NCBI GenBank assembly: GCA_943788175.1
Contig: CALSPG010000005.1
Span: forward strand, 224,001 to 288,000
Length of the DNA stretch: 64,000 nucleotides
Direction of reading: 5' to 3'
Source: an uncultured bacterium
Lineage (GTDB): Bacteria; Fidelibacterota; Marinisomatia; Marinisomatales; UBA1611
The translations under genes were made by a program, and so were the position numbers. Below the pieces are notes generated by a model that was given only the letters and a program-made list of their open reading frames with translations, made no database searches and was not told the DNA's origin. How positions within the stretch are numbered: position 1 is the stretch's first letter; every line of letters starts with the position of its first letter. Positions 8,600-23,012 of this stretch are shown here, piece by piece.

Positions 8600-10031
8600 A
8601 TTGTTCCAATTTTCTATAAAGTGTCATTCTACTAATACCCAATTCTTCTGCTGTTGAAGTCATGTTCCATTTATTTCTTTCAACACTTGATTTGATTGCT
8701 TCCATTTCAATTTCTTTGAGAGTCGCAATTTTAAGTACAGGGTTTGAATCTGTTATTGTTCCTATAACTAGATCGCTATTTGGAGAAGAACCTTTTTCTG
8801 GTTTTTTTTCTAATTCAGGTTCAATCGTGTCTGGTGCTTTTTGAGCTTCAATAATTGTTTCTTTTTCATCTAATACCGAACCTAAATCTTTTTCAGTTAA
8901 GTATTTATTACTGCAAATCAAAAGAGCCCTCTCTAAAGTATTTTCAAGCTCTCGAACATTTCCTGGCCATGAATAGTCAATTAATCTATCAATTGCTTTT
9001 GGTTCGATGTAGGCAACATTAAGATTATGCTTCTTTTTAAGAGATTTAAAGATAGCATAAGTTAAAAGAGGAATATCAACTTTTCGTTCTCTTAAAGGAG
9101 GAAGAGTGACAGGGAAAACATTTATACGATGAAATAGGTCCTCTCTAAACTCCCCATCTTTAATCTTCTCATTTAGGTCTTGGTTTGTTGCAGAAATAAC
9201 TCGCACATCTACTGTATGAGTCTCCGCTCCACCAACCCTTTCTATTTCACCACTTTCCAAGACTCTTAATATTTTTGCCTGAAGAGAAGTACTCATATCT
9301 CCTATCTCATCTAAGAAAATAGTTCCACCATTAGCAACCAAAAATTTTCCATCTTTTTTCTCATCTGCCCCAGTGAAAGAACCTTTTTCATGTCCGAATA
9401 ATTCACTTTCAAGAAGTTCTGAAGGAATGGCTGGACAGTTAACCGACACTAACGACTTTTTACTTCTTTTGCTGGTGTCATGCATAAATTTTGCAGTTAA
9501 ATTTTTTCCTGTTCCACTTTCACCATAAAGAATTGTTATAACATCTTTTTCTTGAATTTGAAGAAGTAATGTATAAATTTTTTGCATGGAATCTGAAACA
9601 CCCAAAATAGTGCTTAAGCCATGCGAGTTTATTTGTTTTCGCTGATTTTTATTTAACCCTCTGCTAAAATTGATAAACGTGGAGCAATTATCAATTAGTT
9701 CATTAAAGTGTTCAACCGAAGAACCTTTTGGTTCAAACCAACCAGACAAACCATTGTCAAAATCAGTTAAAATTTCAGATCTTCTTTTATCGGACCTCAC
9801 AATTGCGATAATAGGTGTTTTGCTATAATGCTCTAATTGTTTAATCAAATTACTTGGGTCCATTAAAGGTAGTTGGTCTTCAATAATTACAGCGCTATAT
9901 CTATTCTCGCTATCAGCCAAGGCATTTAATGCGATCATTCCATTTTGTACTGCATCGATTTTTTTATCAGAATCATTCAATATCTGTTTAACATCAAATG
10001 AGTCACCTACATATAAAATTGGGTCTATCAT
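8577..10031 (-). CDS. sigma54-dependent enhancer-binding activator (PilR/NtrC-like) with degenerate receiver
   Basis: GESGTGK Walker A, ESELFGHEKGSFTGA, FLDEIG, WPGNVREL, Fis HTH LGISRMTLYRKL. Confidence 0.92.
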   Translation of the reverse strand: MIDPILYVGDSFDVKQILNDSDKKIDAVQNGMIALNALADSENRYSAVIIEDQLPLMDPSNLIKQLEHYSKTPIIAIVRSDKRRSEILTDFDNGLSGWFEPKGSSVEHFNELIDNCSTFINFSRGLNKNQRKQINSHGLSTILGVSDSMQKIYTLLLQIQEKDVITILYGESGTGKNLTAKFMHDTSKRSKKSLVSVNCPAIPSELLESELFGHEKGSFTGADEKKDGKFLVANGGTIFLDEIGDMSTSLQAKILRVLESGEIERVGGAETHTVDVRVISATNQDLNEKIKDGEFREDLFHRINVFPVTLPPLRERKVDIPLLTYAIFKSLKKKHNLNVAYIEPKAIDRLIDYSWPGNVRELENTLERALLICSNKYLTEKDLGSVLDEKETIIEAQKAPDTIEPELEKKPEKGSSPNSDLVIGTITDSNPVLKIATLKEIEMEAIKSSVERNKWNMTSTAEELGISRMTLYRKLEQYGLRGKE

Positions 10032-11686
10032 CAAATAGTATCCGTTCCAAGTGTTTCTACAATTTCTTGTAAGGATGTTTCTCCACGTTGTGCTTTTATT
10101 AAGCCATCATGTAGTAGCGAAAACATTCCATACTCTATTGCTTTTTGTCTTATAACATGACCCGGTTTTTGTTCCATTACTAAATCAGCAATGTCATTAT
10201 TCATTCTAATGAGCTCAAAAAGCCCAACCCTACCTTGATATCCTGTATTTCTACAGCTCAAACAACCAACGCCTTTGTAAAACTCAATTGGTTCATCGAC
10301 TTCGAGACCAAATTTTATTAGCTCTGAAGGTTCAACCATATGTTTTTCGCGACATTCTTTGCATAATTTTCTAACGAGCCTTTGGGATAATATTCCTTTT
10401 ACTGTAGAAGTAATCAAAAAAGGTTCCATTCCCCAGTTTAATAGTCGAGTGAATCCCGAGGCTGAATCATTTGTGTGTATTGTACTAAATACTAGATGGC
10501 CAGTTAAGGCAGCTCTAATAGCAAGTTCTACCGTTTCTTCATCTCGAACCTCCCCTACCATGATTATGTCAGGATCTTGTCTCAAAATTGCTCTTAATGC
10601 TGAGGCAAAAGTGACACCTGATCTACGGTTTACTTGCGCCTGATTTATGTTATCTAGATCATATTCAATAGGGTCTTCGATTGTTACAATATTTACATCT
10701 GGGTTATCCATCTTATTTAAGGTGGAATAAAGAGTTGTCGTTTTCCCACTACCTGTTGGTCCTGAAACGAGAATGATTCCCTCTCCTCCAATAAGCATAT
10801 CTTCAAATCGGTTAAGGATGTCTTTTTCAAATCCTAAGCCATCAAGGTCGTGCATCGCATCGGATATGTTTAATAGTCGAAGTACTGACTTTTCTCCATA
10901 AAGAGTTGGGTATGTTGAAACACGAAGGTCGAGCCTATCATTATTCATATCAAATAATATTCTACCATCCTGTGGCCTTCTTGATTCTGCAATATCCATA
11001 TTGCCCATGATTTTTATTCTAGATGTTAATGGCGTGGCAATGGAAACAGGGAGTGTTTGAAAGTCTACTAGTTTTCCATCTATCCTGAATCTCACTCGAA
11101 TATCCGTTTCTCTAGTTTCTATGTGTATATCACTGGCTCGGTATTTCGCACTGTTTTCAATGATGCTATCGACCAGTTGAACAATTCGTGTATCATCAAT
11201 ATCATCAATACTAATATTTTCATCTTCAAAACCACTCATGGTTGACATGCCATAATAAATATCTATAGCAGCCTGCAGTTCGTTTGCAGTCACTATTATT
11301 GGCTCAGCTTTAAGGCCAGATGCATTTCTAGCTGCATTTATTGGGTCAGGATCTATTGGGTCGAGAATAGCAACATTTATTGTATTATTAAGATTAAAGA
11401 TTGGTAAAACGTTGTATTCTCTAACTATCCTTTCAGGTATCATGCCTAAGACTGATTTATCAACTTCAAAATGCCCAAGTTCAACAGCTGGGATATGGAG
11501 TTGTTGGCTTAAAAATCGATTTCTTGTTTTTTCATCAATAAGCCCAGCACCGATTAAAACTTCACCAATGTAGCCACTATTTACTTCTTTAGCTTGTTTG
11601 AGTAAGGCTTGTTCAAGCTGCTCAGGTTCAATTATACCTGCTTCGATCAACAAGAGCCCTAGATTCTTTTTTCTAGTAATAGCCAT
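10031..11686 (-). CDS. pilB: Type IV pilus assembly ATPase PilB / GspE family
   Basis: GPTGSGKT, TIEDPIEY, LRQDPDIIMVGE, TGHLVFSTIH, two CxxC pairs, MshEN-like N-terminus. Start at 11686 overlaps the pilD stop (TAATG). Confidence 0.92.
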   Translation of the reverse strand: MAITRKKNLGLLLIEAGIIEPEQLEQALLKQAKEVNSGYIGEVLIGAGLIDEKTRNRFLSQQLHIPAVELGHFEVDKSVLGMIPERIVREYNVLPIFNLNNTINVAILDPIDPDPINAARNASGLKAEPIIVTANELQAAIDIYYGMSTMSGFEDENISIDDIDDTRIVQLVDSIIENSAKYRASDIHIETRETDIRVRFRIDGKLVDFQTLPVSIATPLTSRIKIMGNMDIAESRRPQDGRILFDMNNDRLDLRVSTYPTLYGEKSVLRLLNISDAMHDLDGLGFEKDILNRFEDMLIGGEGIILVSGPTGSGKTTTLYSTLNKMDNPDVNIVTIEDPIEYDLDNINQAQVNRRSGVTFASALRAILRQDPDIIMVGEVRDEETVELAIRAALTGHLVFSTIHTNDSASGFTRLLNWGMEPFLITSTVKGILSQRLVRKLCKECREKHMVEPSELIKFGLEVDEPIEFYKGVGCLSCRNTGYQGRVGLFELIRMNNDIADLVMEQKPGHVIRQKAIEYGMFSLLHDGLIKAQRGETSLQEIVETLGTDTI

Positions 11687-12507
11687 TAAAAGAAATACTC
11701 TCCGTTCCACATATTTGTGAAATACCAATTAATAATATAATTTCCACCACCAACAGTTTTTGTGAGAATTGTTAGGAGGGTCCCGGCGGCGATTGCTGGG
11801 CCAAATGGAACCATGTGATCATCGCTTACTTCTTTAGCAATTAATAGAATTAAACTCATAAACCCGCCAAAAACAAAGCTAAGAAACAAGGCTAAAAGAG
11901 ACAACTCTGAACCAAGAAAAGAGCCTAATACAAACCCAAGTTTTACATCTCCAAAACCCATTGCCTCTTTTTTAAAAATAAAGGTACCCATTGCACCCAT
12001 TATAAATAAAGTCCCCCCAAACGTAAGGAAACCGTATATGCCATCCATTATTGATATGGGTAATAAATTAAATGTGTGAGAGATTATAGAAATTATAAAT
12101 CCAAAAATGATAAACTCATTTGGAATAACAAAGTGATCTACGTCAATGAATGTTATAGCGATTAACATGAAACACAATAATACAACCACCAAAAATTCAT
12201 ACGATGGGCCATAAATATTTAACAACATTAATGCCATCATTCCACAAATGAATTCAACTAAAGGATATCTAATGCTAATTGGCGATTTACAATTTCTACA
12301 TTTAGCTAAAAGTGCTATATAGCTCAATACTGGAATATTATCGTACCAGGCAATCTGTTTCCCGCATCCATTACATTTAGAGCGGGGCTTAATAATAGAC
12401 TTATTATTAGGTAGGCGATAAATAATTACGTTTAAAAAACTACCAACCACTAGGCCAACAATAACTGCATATATTTGCATGAACGGATAAAGCTCCTTAG
12501 CTATCAT
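11686..12507 (-). CDS. pilD: Prepilin peptidase / N-methyltransferase
   Basis: GSFLNVIIYRLP, two CxxC, YPLVE, ID...IP, MGFGDVKL, PFGP. Confidence 0.92.
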   Translation of the reverse strand: MIAKELYPFMQIYAVIVGLVVGSFLNVIIYRLPNNKSIIKPRSKCNGCGKQIAWYDNIPVLSYIALLAKCRNCKSPISIRYPLVEFICGMMALMLLNIYGPSYEFLVVVLLCFMLIAITFIDVDHFVIPNEFIIFGFIISIISHTFNLLPISIMDGIYGFLTFGGTLFIMGAMGTFIFKKEAMGFGDVKLGFVLGSFLGSELSLLALFLSFVFGGFMSLILLIAKEVSDDHMVPFGPAIAAGTLLTILTKTVGGGNYIINWYFTNMWNGEYFF

Positions 12508-12892
12508 GTCCGATATCCTCATTATTTTTTTCCAGCAATGTAATTATATCTTTTAGCTGAAAAGGTTTTTCAATCATATTATCTGCATTGCTTTGCTTAA
12601 ACATTTTATCAATTGCCGGGCCAGTAGTATTACTCATTATGATAATTTTTGTATCAGTATGTCTATCGTCACTTTTAATTAATTTAGATAGTTTAAATCC
12701 GCTTACGTAAGGAAGAAGGTCATTAACAATTATGACTTTAGGAGCTTCATTTTTTGCTCGAACGTAACCGTCGTAACCATCTGGCGCTGTTATGACTAAA
12801 AAGCCTTTATCCTTCAGTCCAGAAGATATATGGTCAATCGACTGTTCGTCACTATCAACAATTAGGATTGGTTGTGGCAATGATTCAGGCAT
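12497..12892 (-). CDS. Stand-alone receiver-domain protein (atypical)
   Basis: ILIVD, DGYDG, IIVNDLLP..SG and KPF receiver-fold motifs. Confidence 0.8.
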   Translation of the reverse strand: MPESLPQPILIVDSDEQSIDHISSGLKDKGFLVITAPDGYDGYVRAKNEAPKVIIVNDLLPYVSGFKLSKLIKSDDRHTDTKIIIMSNTTGPAIDKMFKQSNADNMIEKPFQLKDIITLLEKNNEDIGHDS

Positions 12893-12980
12893 AATAACTT
12901 AACCCGTCTTTATTTTATTTTGTTTTTGCGCATAGTTCCGCTACTATGCTACTTACCTCGGTTACCTTGAATATAATCAC

Positions 12981-13248
12981 AAAATGATACATGGCAACAA
13001 CAAAATGTATCATTTTATTACACCCTTAATTTTGTAACATAATTAGATGTTACATAATGTTACATTCAACATTTAATCGACTTAAAACTATAATAATATT
13101 TTATGAATTTTATTTTTTGATAAATAAATTTGTTACAAATAAACTATGTATATATTTTTAATAAGAGCCCCTGATTTAAATAAGAGAGTTTTAAAAGGTA
13201 CAGTTTTAAGGCTATATAAAAAGAGCATAAGTGTAACGTTTTTAGACA
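12981..13248. promoter_or_regulatory. Divergent intergenic region with TGT-N11-ACA sites
   Basis: TGTATCATTTTATTACA (13006-13022), TGTTACATAATGTTACA (13048-13064), TGTAACGTTTTTAGACA (13232-13248); 11-bp inverted repeat 12981-12991/13006-13016. Confidence 0.5.
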
Positions 13249-13341
13249 ATGGTATAAGTCAACTTTAAATAATTGTGATAGTACCAAATATTATGATATT
13301 CGATAATATATTATATGAATGGTTTAACGAACTATTAGAAC

Positions 13342-17825
<4,484 letters not shown>

Positions 17826-17839
17826 AAAGAGGCATTAGT

Positions 17840-19435
17840 ATGAACACAATTTCATTAGTTACATTTTTTGTAGCAACAATATCCGTAGCAATTTTTACTT
17901 ATTATATAGTTTCAAAAATGAAAAAATCAGATAACGAAACTGAAGAATATTTTACAGGTGGAAGAGCTTTGGGATGGCCCGTAGTTGCTGGTTCATTATT
18001 GTTAACAAACCTTTCTACAGAACAATTAGTGGGCTTAAATGGTGATGTTTTTGGAGATAAGGCGCTTGTTGGGATTGCATGGGAGGCCTTGGCTGCTTTT
18101 GCAATGATTGCTACGGCACTATTATTTTTGCCTACTTATTTAGCGAGTGGGTTTACAACTACACCAGCTTTTTTAGAAAAACGGTTTGATAAAATGACTA
18201 GAAGTATGGTCTCAGGGTTATTTTTATTTGGTTATATAACAGTTTTATTGCCTGTGGTTCTTTATACTGGCTCACTAGCATTAATAACAATGTTTGATTT
18301 AGCGCTTCCTATTTGGGTTGTTGCTGTAGCAATAGGTCTTTTGGGCAGCTCATATGCAATTTTTGGAGGACTTAAATCTGTGGCGGTTAGTGATACTTTA
18401 AATGGGATAGGATTATTGATAGGAGGCCTAATGATTCCAGTGCTAGCATTAATAGCATTGGGAAATGGTTCTTTTTTTGAAGGAATATCTATTCTTGGTA
18501 CTGAGAAACCAGAGTATTTAAAGGTATTAACCCAGCAAAACTTGGATGGAAAACAAGTCTCGGTTCCTTGGCCAACTCTTTTAACGGGTATGATGTTCAT
18601 ACAAATATTTTATTGGTCAACTAATCAGGTAATCGTGCAAAGAGCAATGGCGGCAAAAAGTCTAGCGGAAGGCCAAAAAGGTGTTCTTTTTGCCTCCGCA
18701 ATGAAATTAGTAGGGCCGCTTATGCTATGTCTACCAGGGATAATTGCTTTGCATATGCCTGATTTATTAATTGAAAAGCAAGATCAAGTGTATGGCGCAG
18801 TAGTAAGGCATGTTCTGCCAGATTGGTCATTAGGTCTTTTTGCTGCAGTACTGATGGGCTCTATTTTAAGTTCTTTCAATAGCGCTCTGAATAGTGCTTC
18901 GACATTGTTTTCTTTACAGTTTTATAAAGGGTATATCAATAAAAAAGCAAAGGGCTTTGAGATTGTTTCTGTAGGAAAAAAGTTTGGGATAGCTCTTGCA
19001 TTAATATCAATGTTAATTGCGCCCCTACTTTCGCAATTGGATTCTGTTTTTCAATACCTTCAAAAAGTAAATGGTATTTACAGCGTTCCAATTATTGCTA
19101 TCTTTTTATTAGGTATACTAACAAAACATATCCCTGCGATTGGTGCAAAGTTTGGTATGCTTGTTGGGTTTGTTTCATATGCTTATTTTGTATTTTTTCC
19201 TGTAGAGGGCTTACATTGGCTCCATATGTACTTTATCAGTTTTACATGGTCGGTTATGGTGATGTTACTTATTGGTTATTTAAGACCTAAAACACAAAAA
19301 GAAATTGAAAAAAGTGATGAGCGTGATCCTGCACCGGTGGATATGACACCTTGGCCAAGAGCAAAAGAGGCTTCTGTTGGAATATTATCAACTACTGTAA
19401 TTATTTACTTACTGCTGTCCTTAGCATCTGCTTAA
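17840..19435 (+). CDS. Sodium:solute symporter (SSS family, YidK-like)
   Basis: YFTGGR, SLLLTNLSTEQLVGLNG, GGLKSVAVSD, NQVIVQR; many TM helices. Confidence 0.9.
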   Translation: MNTISLVTFFVATISVAIFTYYIVSKMKKSDNETEEYFTGGRALGWPVVAGSLLLTNLSTEQLVGLNGDVFGDKALVGIAWEALAAFAMIATALLFLPTYLASGFTTTPAFLEKRFDKMTRSMVSGLFLFGYITVLLPVVLYTGSLALITMFDLALPIWVVAVAIGLLGSSYAIFGGLKSVAVSDTLNGIGLLIGGLMIPVLALIALGNGSFFEGISILGTEKPEYLKVLTQQNLDGKQVSVPWPTLLTGMMFIQIFYWSTNQVIVQRAMAAKSLAEGQKGVLFASAMKLVGPLMLCLPGIIALHMPDLLIEKQDQVYGAVVRHVLPDWSLGLFAAVLMGSILSSFNSALNSASTLFSLQFYKGYINKKAKGFEIVSVGKKFGIALALISMLIAPLLSQLDSVFQYLQKVNGIYSVPIIAIFLLGILTKHIPAIGAKFGMLVGFVSYAYFVFFPVEGLHWLHMYFISFTWSVMVMLLIGYLRPKTQKEIEKSDERDPAPVDMTPWPRAKEASVGILSTTVIIYLLLSLASA

Positions 19436-19442
19436 TTATATA

Positions 19443-20486
19443 ATGATTAATTTCTCAAAAATATCAAGTTGGGAACCATCAAAAGATGTTCTAGAAATCA
19501 AGACAATTGATGCGCATACCGAAGGGGAACCACTTAGAGTCGTAATTAAGGGTTTTCCAAGTTTAAAAGGGAATACAATTTTAGAAAAACGTAATCATAT
19601 CATAAAAAATTATGATCATATTAGAAAAGCAATAATGTTAGAACCTCGTGGTCATGCTGATATGTATGGCGCTGTAATAACAGAACCCGAAAAAAAGAGT
19701 TCTGACTTTGGGGTTATTTTTATGCATAATGATGGCTATTCTACAGGTTGTGGGCACGCAGTTATAGCTATTTCAAAAATTCTTGCAGAAACTGGCGCTA
19801 TTAAAATAACTGAGCCTGAGACTGAAATAAATATGGATGTTCCTTCTGGGACAATTAAGTCTTTTGTAGAAATAAGAAACAAAGTTGCTCATTCGATTAG
19901 GTTTATCAATGTTCCTTCATTCGTTGAAAAAATGAATGCAAAAATTTTAATCCCTAATTTAGGTGATATTAATTATGATTTGGCATTCGGGGGTGCATAT
20001 TACGCTATTGTTAACGCTGATGAAGTTGGCTTAGATAGCCAAGATTTAAAAACTAGCAGTGTTATCGATTTAGGAATGAAAATTAAAAATGCAATAGCTA
20101 AAGAAGTAAAAATTAAACATCCAAACATAGTCGAAATGAATTTTTTATATGGAACCATATTTACGTTTCCTCCAATCAATAAAAAAAATCATAGCAAAAA
20201 TATTTGTGTGTTTGCTAACGGCGAAGTTGATAGAAGTCCAACTGGAACTGGAGTAAGCGCTAGGGCCGCTGTACATTTTGCGAAAAATGAAATAAAGCTT
20301 AATGAGACAATTAAAATTGAGAGTATTATTGGTTCTACTTTTGAGGTTAAGGTAATTGAAAAAATAAAAATTGGTCCATTGAATGGAGTCATACCAGAAG
20401 TAAAAGGGACCGCGAATATCACGGGTAAAAATACTTTTTGGATTGATTCATCAGATACTATAGGAGAAGGGTTCATGTTAAGGTAA
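19443..20486 (+). CDS. Proline racemase family, likely trans-3-hydroxy-L-proline dehydratase
   Basis: DAHTEGEPLR, EPRGHADMYGA, STGCGH (Cys) and DRSPTGTG (Thr), i.e. a Cys/Thr catalytic pair. Confidence 0.85.
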   Translation: MINFSKISSWEPSKDVLEIKTIDAHTEGEPLRVVIKGFPSLKGNTILEKRNHIIKNYDHIRKAIMLEPRGHADMYGAVITEPEKKSSDFGVIFMHNDGYSTGCGHAVIAISKILAETGAIKITEPETEINMDVPSGTIKSFVEIRNKVAHSIRFINVPSFVEKMNAKILIPNLGDINYDLAFGGAYYAIVNADEVGLDSQDLKTSSVIDLGMKIKNAIAKEVKIKHPNIVEMNFLYGTIFTFPPINKKNHSKNICVFANGEVDRSPTGTGVSARAAVHFAKNEIKLNETIKIESIIGSTFEVKVIEKIKIGPLNGVIPEVKGTANITGKNTFWIDSSDTIGEGFMLR

Positions 20487-20491
20487 TTATT

Positions 20492-21859
20492 TTGTCTGCA
20501 AAAAAAATAAATCGTAGAAATTTTATTAAAAAATCTGCTTTGGTAGGAGCATCGACTGCTTTTCTTTCGTCTCGAAAACTTGGTGCTAGCCAAAAGACTT
20601 CAAACTTAAGCTTGGGCATTATTGGAACAGGCTTAAGAGGGCAGTGGATTTCAAATTTATGCTTAAAGAGAAGAGATGTTGATATAAAAGCTATTTGTGA
20701 TATTGATTCTGGAATGATTAATAACACGCTAAACATAATTAAAAAAGCAGGTGGTAAGCCTCCAGACGTTTATAAAAATGGGCAGCATGATTTCTTAAAC
20801 TTGCTTCAAAGAGATGATTTAGATGCTGTTTATATTGCTACTCCTTGGGAATGGCATCACCCAATGGCAGTCGAGGCGATGAAGCAAGGCATGCATGTAG
20901 GTGTTGAATGTCCTGCTGCTCTAAAAGTCTCTGAACTCTGGGATTTAGTAAAGACCAGTGAAAAAACAAATAAGCACTGCATGCTTATGGAAAATGTTTG
21001 CTATCGACGAGATATGATGGCTGTTTTAAATATGGTTCGGAAAGGTTTATTCGGAGAACTTTTGCACTGCCAAGGTGGTTATCAACATGACCTGCGAGAT
21101 GTAAAGTTTAATAATGGACGGCAACCATATGGGGGGGGAGTTGAATTTAATAATAAGGGCTTCAGTGAAGCTAAATGGAGAACGCAACATTCTGTTGACA
21201 GAAATGGAGATTTATATCCAACGCATGGAGTAGGCCCAATAAGTGCAATGTTAAATATAAATAGAGGGAATAGATTCCTTCATATGACTTCTACGTCTTC
21301 TCAATCAAGGGGCTTGCATAAGCATATTGTTGATCAAGGAGGCATACATCACCAAAATGCTGACATAAACTTTAACCTTGGTGACATTGTAACATCTGTT
21401 ATTAAATGTTCCAACGGTGAGACCATAGTATTGAACCACGATACGAGCTCGCCTCGCCCTTACAGTTTGAATTTTCGAGTCCAGGGTACAGAGGGTTTAT
21501 GGATGGTTGATAATAATTCTATATATATACAAGGTTTAAGTAAGGAAGAACATCAATGGGAGTCCGATGCAGAATACTTAAAAAAATATGATCATCCAAT
21601 ATGGAAAAAGTATGAAAATCAAGCAGCTGGCTCTGGGCATGGAGGTATGGATTTTTTCATTTTAAATGCTTTTATTGAACCTTTAAAAAAGGGCCTTGCT
21701 CCTCCAATAGATGTTTACGATGCGGCTAGCATGAGTGTTATTAGTCCCCTTTCTGAAAAATCAATTAAACTTGGAAGTGCTCCCGTTAAATTTCCTGACT
21801 TTACGAGGGGAAGATGGGAAAAGAACCAACCGATTTTTGGTGTAAATGAAAACTATTAA
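20492..21859 (+). CDS. GH109 NAD-dependent alpha-N-acetylgalactosaminidase-like, Tat-exported
   Basis: NRRNFIK twin-Arg signal; IATPWEWH, MLMENVCY, YPTHG, GHGGMD. Confidence 0.85.
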   Translation: MSAKKINRRNFIKKSALVGASTAFLSSRKLGASQKTSNLSLGIIGTGLRGQWISNLCLKRRDVDIKAICDIDSGMINNTLNIIKKAGGKPPDVYKNGQHDFLNLLQRDDLDAVYIATPWEWHHPMAVEAMKQGMHVGVECPAALKVSELWDLVKTSEKTNKHCMLMENVCYRRDMMAVLNMVRKGLFGELLHCQGGYQHDLRDVKFNNGRQPYGGGVEFNNKGFSEAKWRTQHSVDRNGDLYPTHGVGPISAMLNINRGNRFLHMTSTSSQSRGLHKHIVDQGGIHHQNADINFNLGDIVTSVIKCSNGETIVLNHDTSSPRPYSLNFRVQGTEGLWMVDNNSIYIQGLSKEEHQWESDAEYLKKYDHPIWKKYENQAAGSGHGGMDFFILNAFIEPLKKGLAPPIDVYDAASMSVISPLSEKSIKLGSAPVKFPDFTRGRWEKNQPIFGVNENY

Positions 21860-21941
21860 AAAATGATTAATCGTGATTTCGTTTTACCTCTTTTAGGTCT
21901 TTTTATTAAAAATTTATAAGATAAATAATTATAAAAAATAA

Positions 21942-23012
21942 ATGGAAATAAAAACGCCAGGAAGAATCTGTCTTTTTGGTGAGCATCAAGATTACCTTGG
22001 GCTTCCAGTAATCGCTCTTGCGATTTCTAGGCATTCAAAAATAGTTGGATTTGCAAGGTCAGATGCTATGGTTGTTATTAACAAACCGGACTTAAATGAA
22101 GTTGAAAAATTTCACATAAATGATAATCAATACACCTCAAATTTTGATTTATTTAAAAGCGGGTTAAATGTTTGCAAACATTATGGCTTTAAATTTTCTA
22201 AGGGTTTTGATGTTGTTTTATCTAGCAATATTCCAATAAAAGCTGGTGCAAGTAGTTCATCTTCAATTTTAGTAGGATGGATTAACTTTTTAAGTAATAA
22301 TGCTGAAAATCCAAGACAGTTGTCGAATCAAAAATTAGCTAGATTAGCTTTTGAGGCAGAAGTTTTAGAATTTAATTCGCCTGGAGGAATGATGGATCAA
22401 TACTCTACTGCAATAGGTGGGCTAATTTATTTAGAAACATCACCAGAATTATCAATGACTAAAATAAATCATGATTTAGGTACGTTTGTTATTGGTGATT
22501 CAATGAATCAAAAAGATACAGTCGGCATTTTATCAAGATGTAAAAATCAGCGTATCGCTATTTTAAATAAAATTAAAAATTATGAATCAGATATTAACTT
22601 TAGTTCAATTTCAAAAGACCAAGTGAAAAAGTTTAAGATTACTGATCATGAAAGAGCTCTATTACTTGGCACTATTAAAAATCGAGATATTTTAATTAAA
22701 GGTAAAAATGAACTAGTTAAAAAACATATTGATAAGCATTACCTAGGTCAATTGATGATTGAGCATCATAAAATTTTAAGTAAAGTTTTAAAAGTAAGTA
22801 CATCTAAGATTGATTTAATGTTAAAATCTGCACTTGACGCAGGCGCATATGGCGGTAAAATAAATGGATCTGGCGGCGGCGGGTGTATGTTCGCCTACTG
22901 CCCTGAAAATCCATTCAAAATTAAACGTGCTATCGAGGATGTGGGGGGGCAAGCTTATGTCGTTCAATCCTCTTTGGGAACAATGATAAATAGTAAGGAA
23001 AAACATTTATGA
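21942..23012 (+). CDS. GHMP sugar kinase (galactokinase-like)
   Basis: PGRICLFGEHQDY, PIKAGASSSS, GMMDQ, KINGSGGGG. Confidence 0.85.
   Translation: MEIKTPGRICLFGEHQDYLGLPVIALAISRHSKIVGFARSDAMVVINKPDLNEVEKFHINDNQYTSNFDLFKSGLNVCKHYGFKFSKGFDVVLSSNIPIKAGASSSSSILVGWINFLSNNAENPRQLSNQKLARLAFEAEVLEFNSPGGMMDQYSTAIGGLIYLETSPELSMTKINHDLGTFVIGDSMNQKDTVGILSRCKNQRIAILNKIKNYESDINFSSISKDQVKKFKITDHERALLLGTIKNRDILIKGKNELVKKHIDKHYLGQLMIEHHKILSKVLKVSTSKIDLMLKSALDAGAYGGKINGSGGGGCMFAYCPENPFKIKRAIEDVGGQAYVVQSSLGTMINSKEKHL

Noticed and set aside
12930-12949. Hairpin GCATAGT-TCCGCT-ACTATGC in the pil operon leader; possible c-di-GMP riboswitch
   Set aside because: Single 7-bp stem lacking the conserved c-di-GMP riboswitch elements.
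19443-20486. Proline racemase or 4-hydroxyproline epimerase call
   Set aside because: Those need a Cys/Cys pair; the second site is DRSPTG (Thr).
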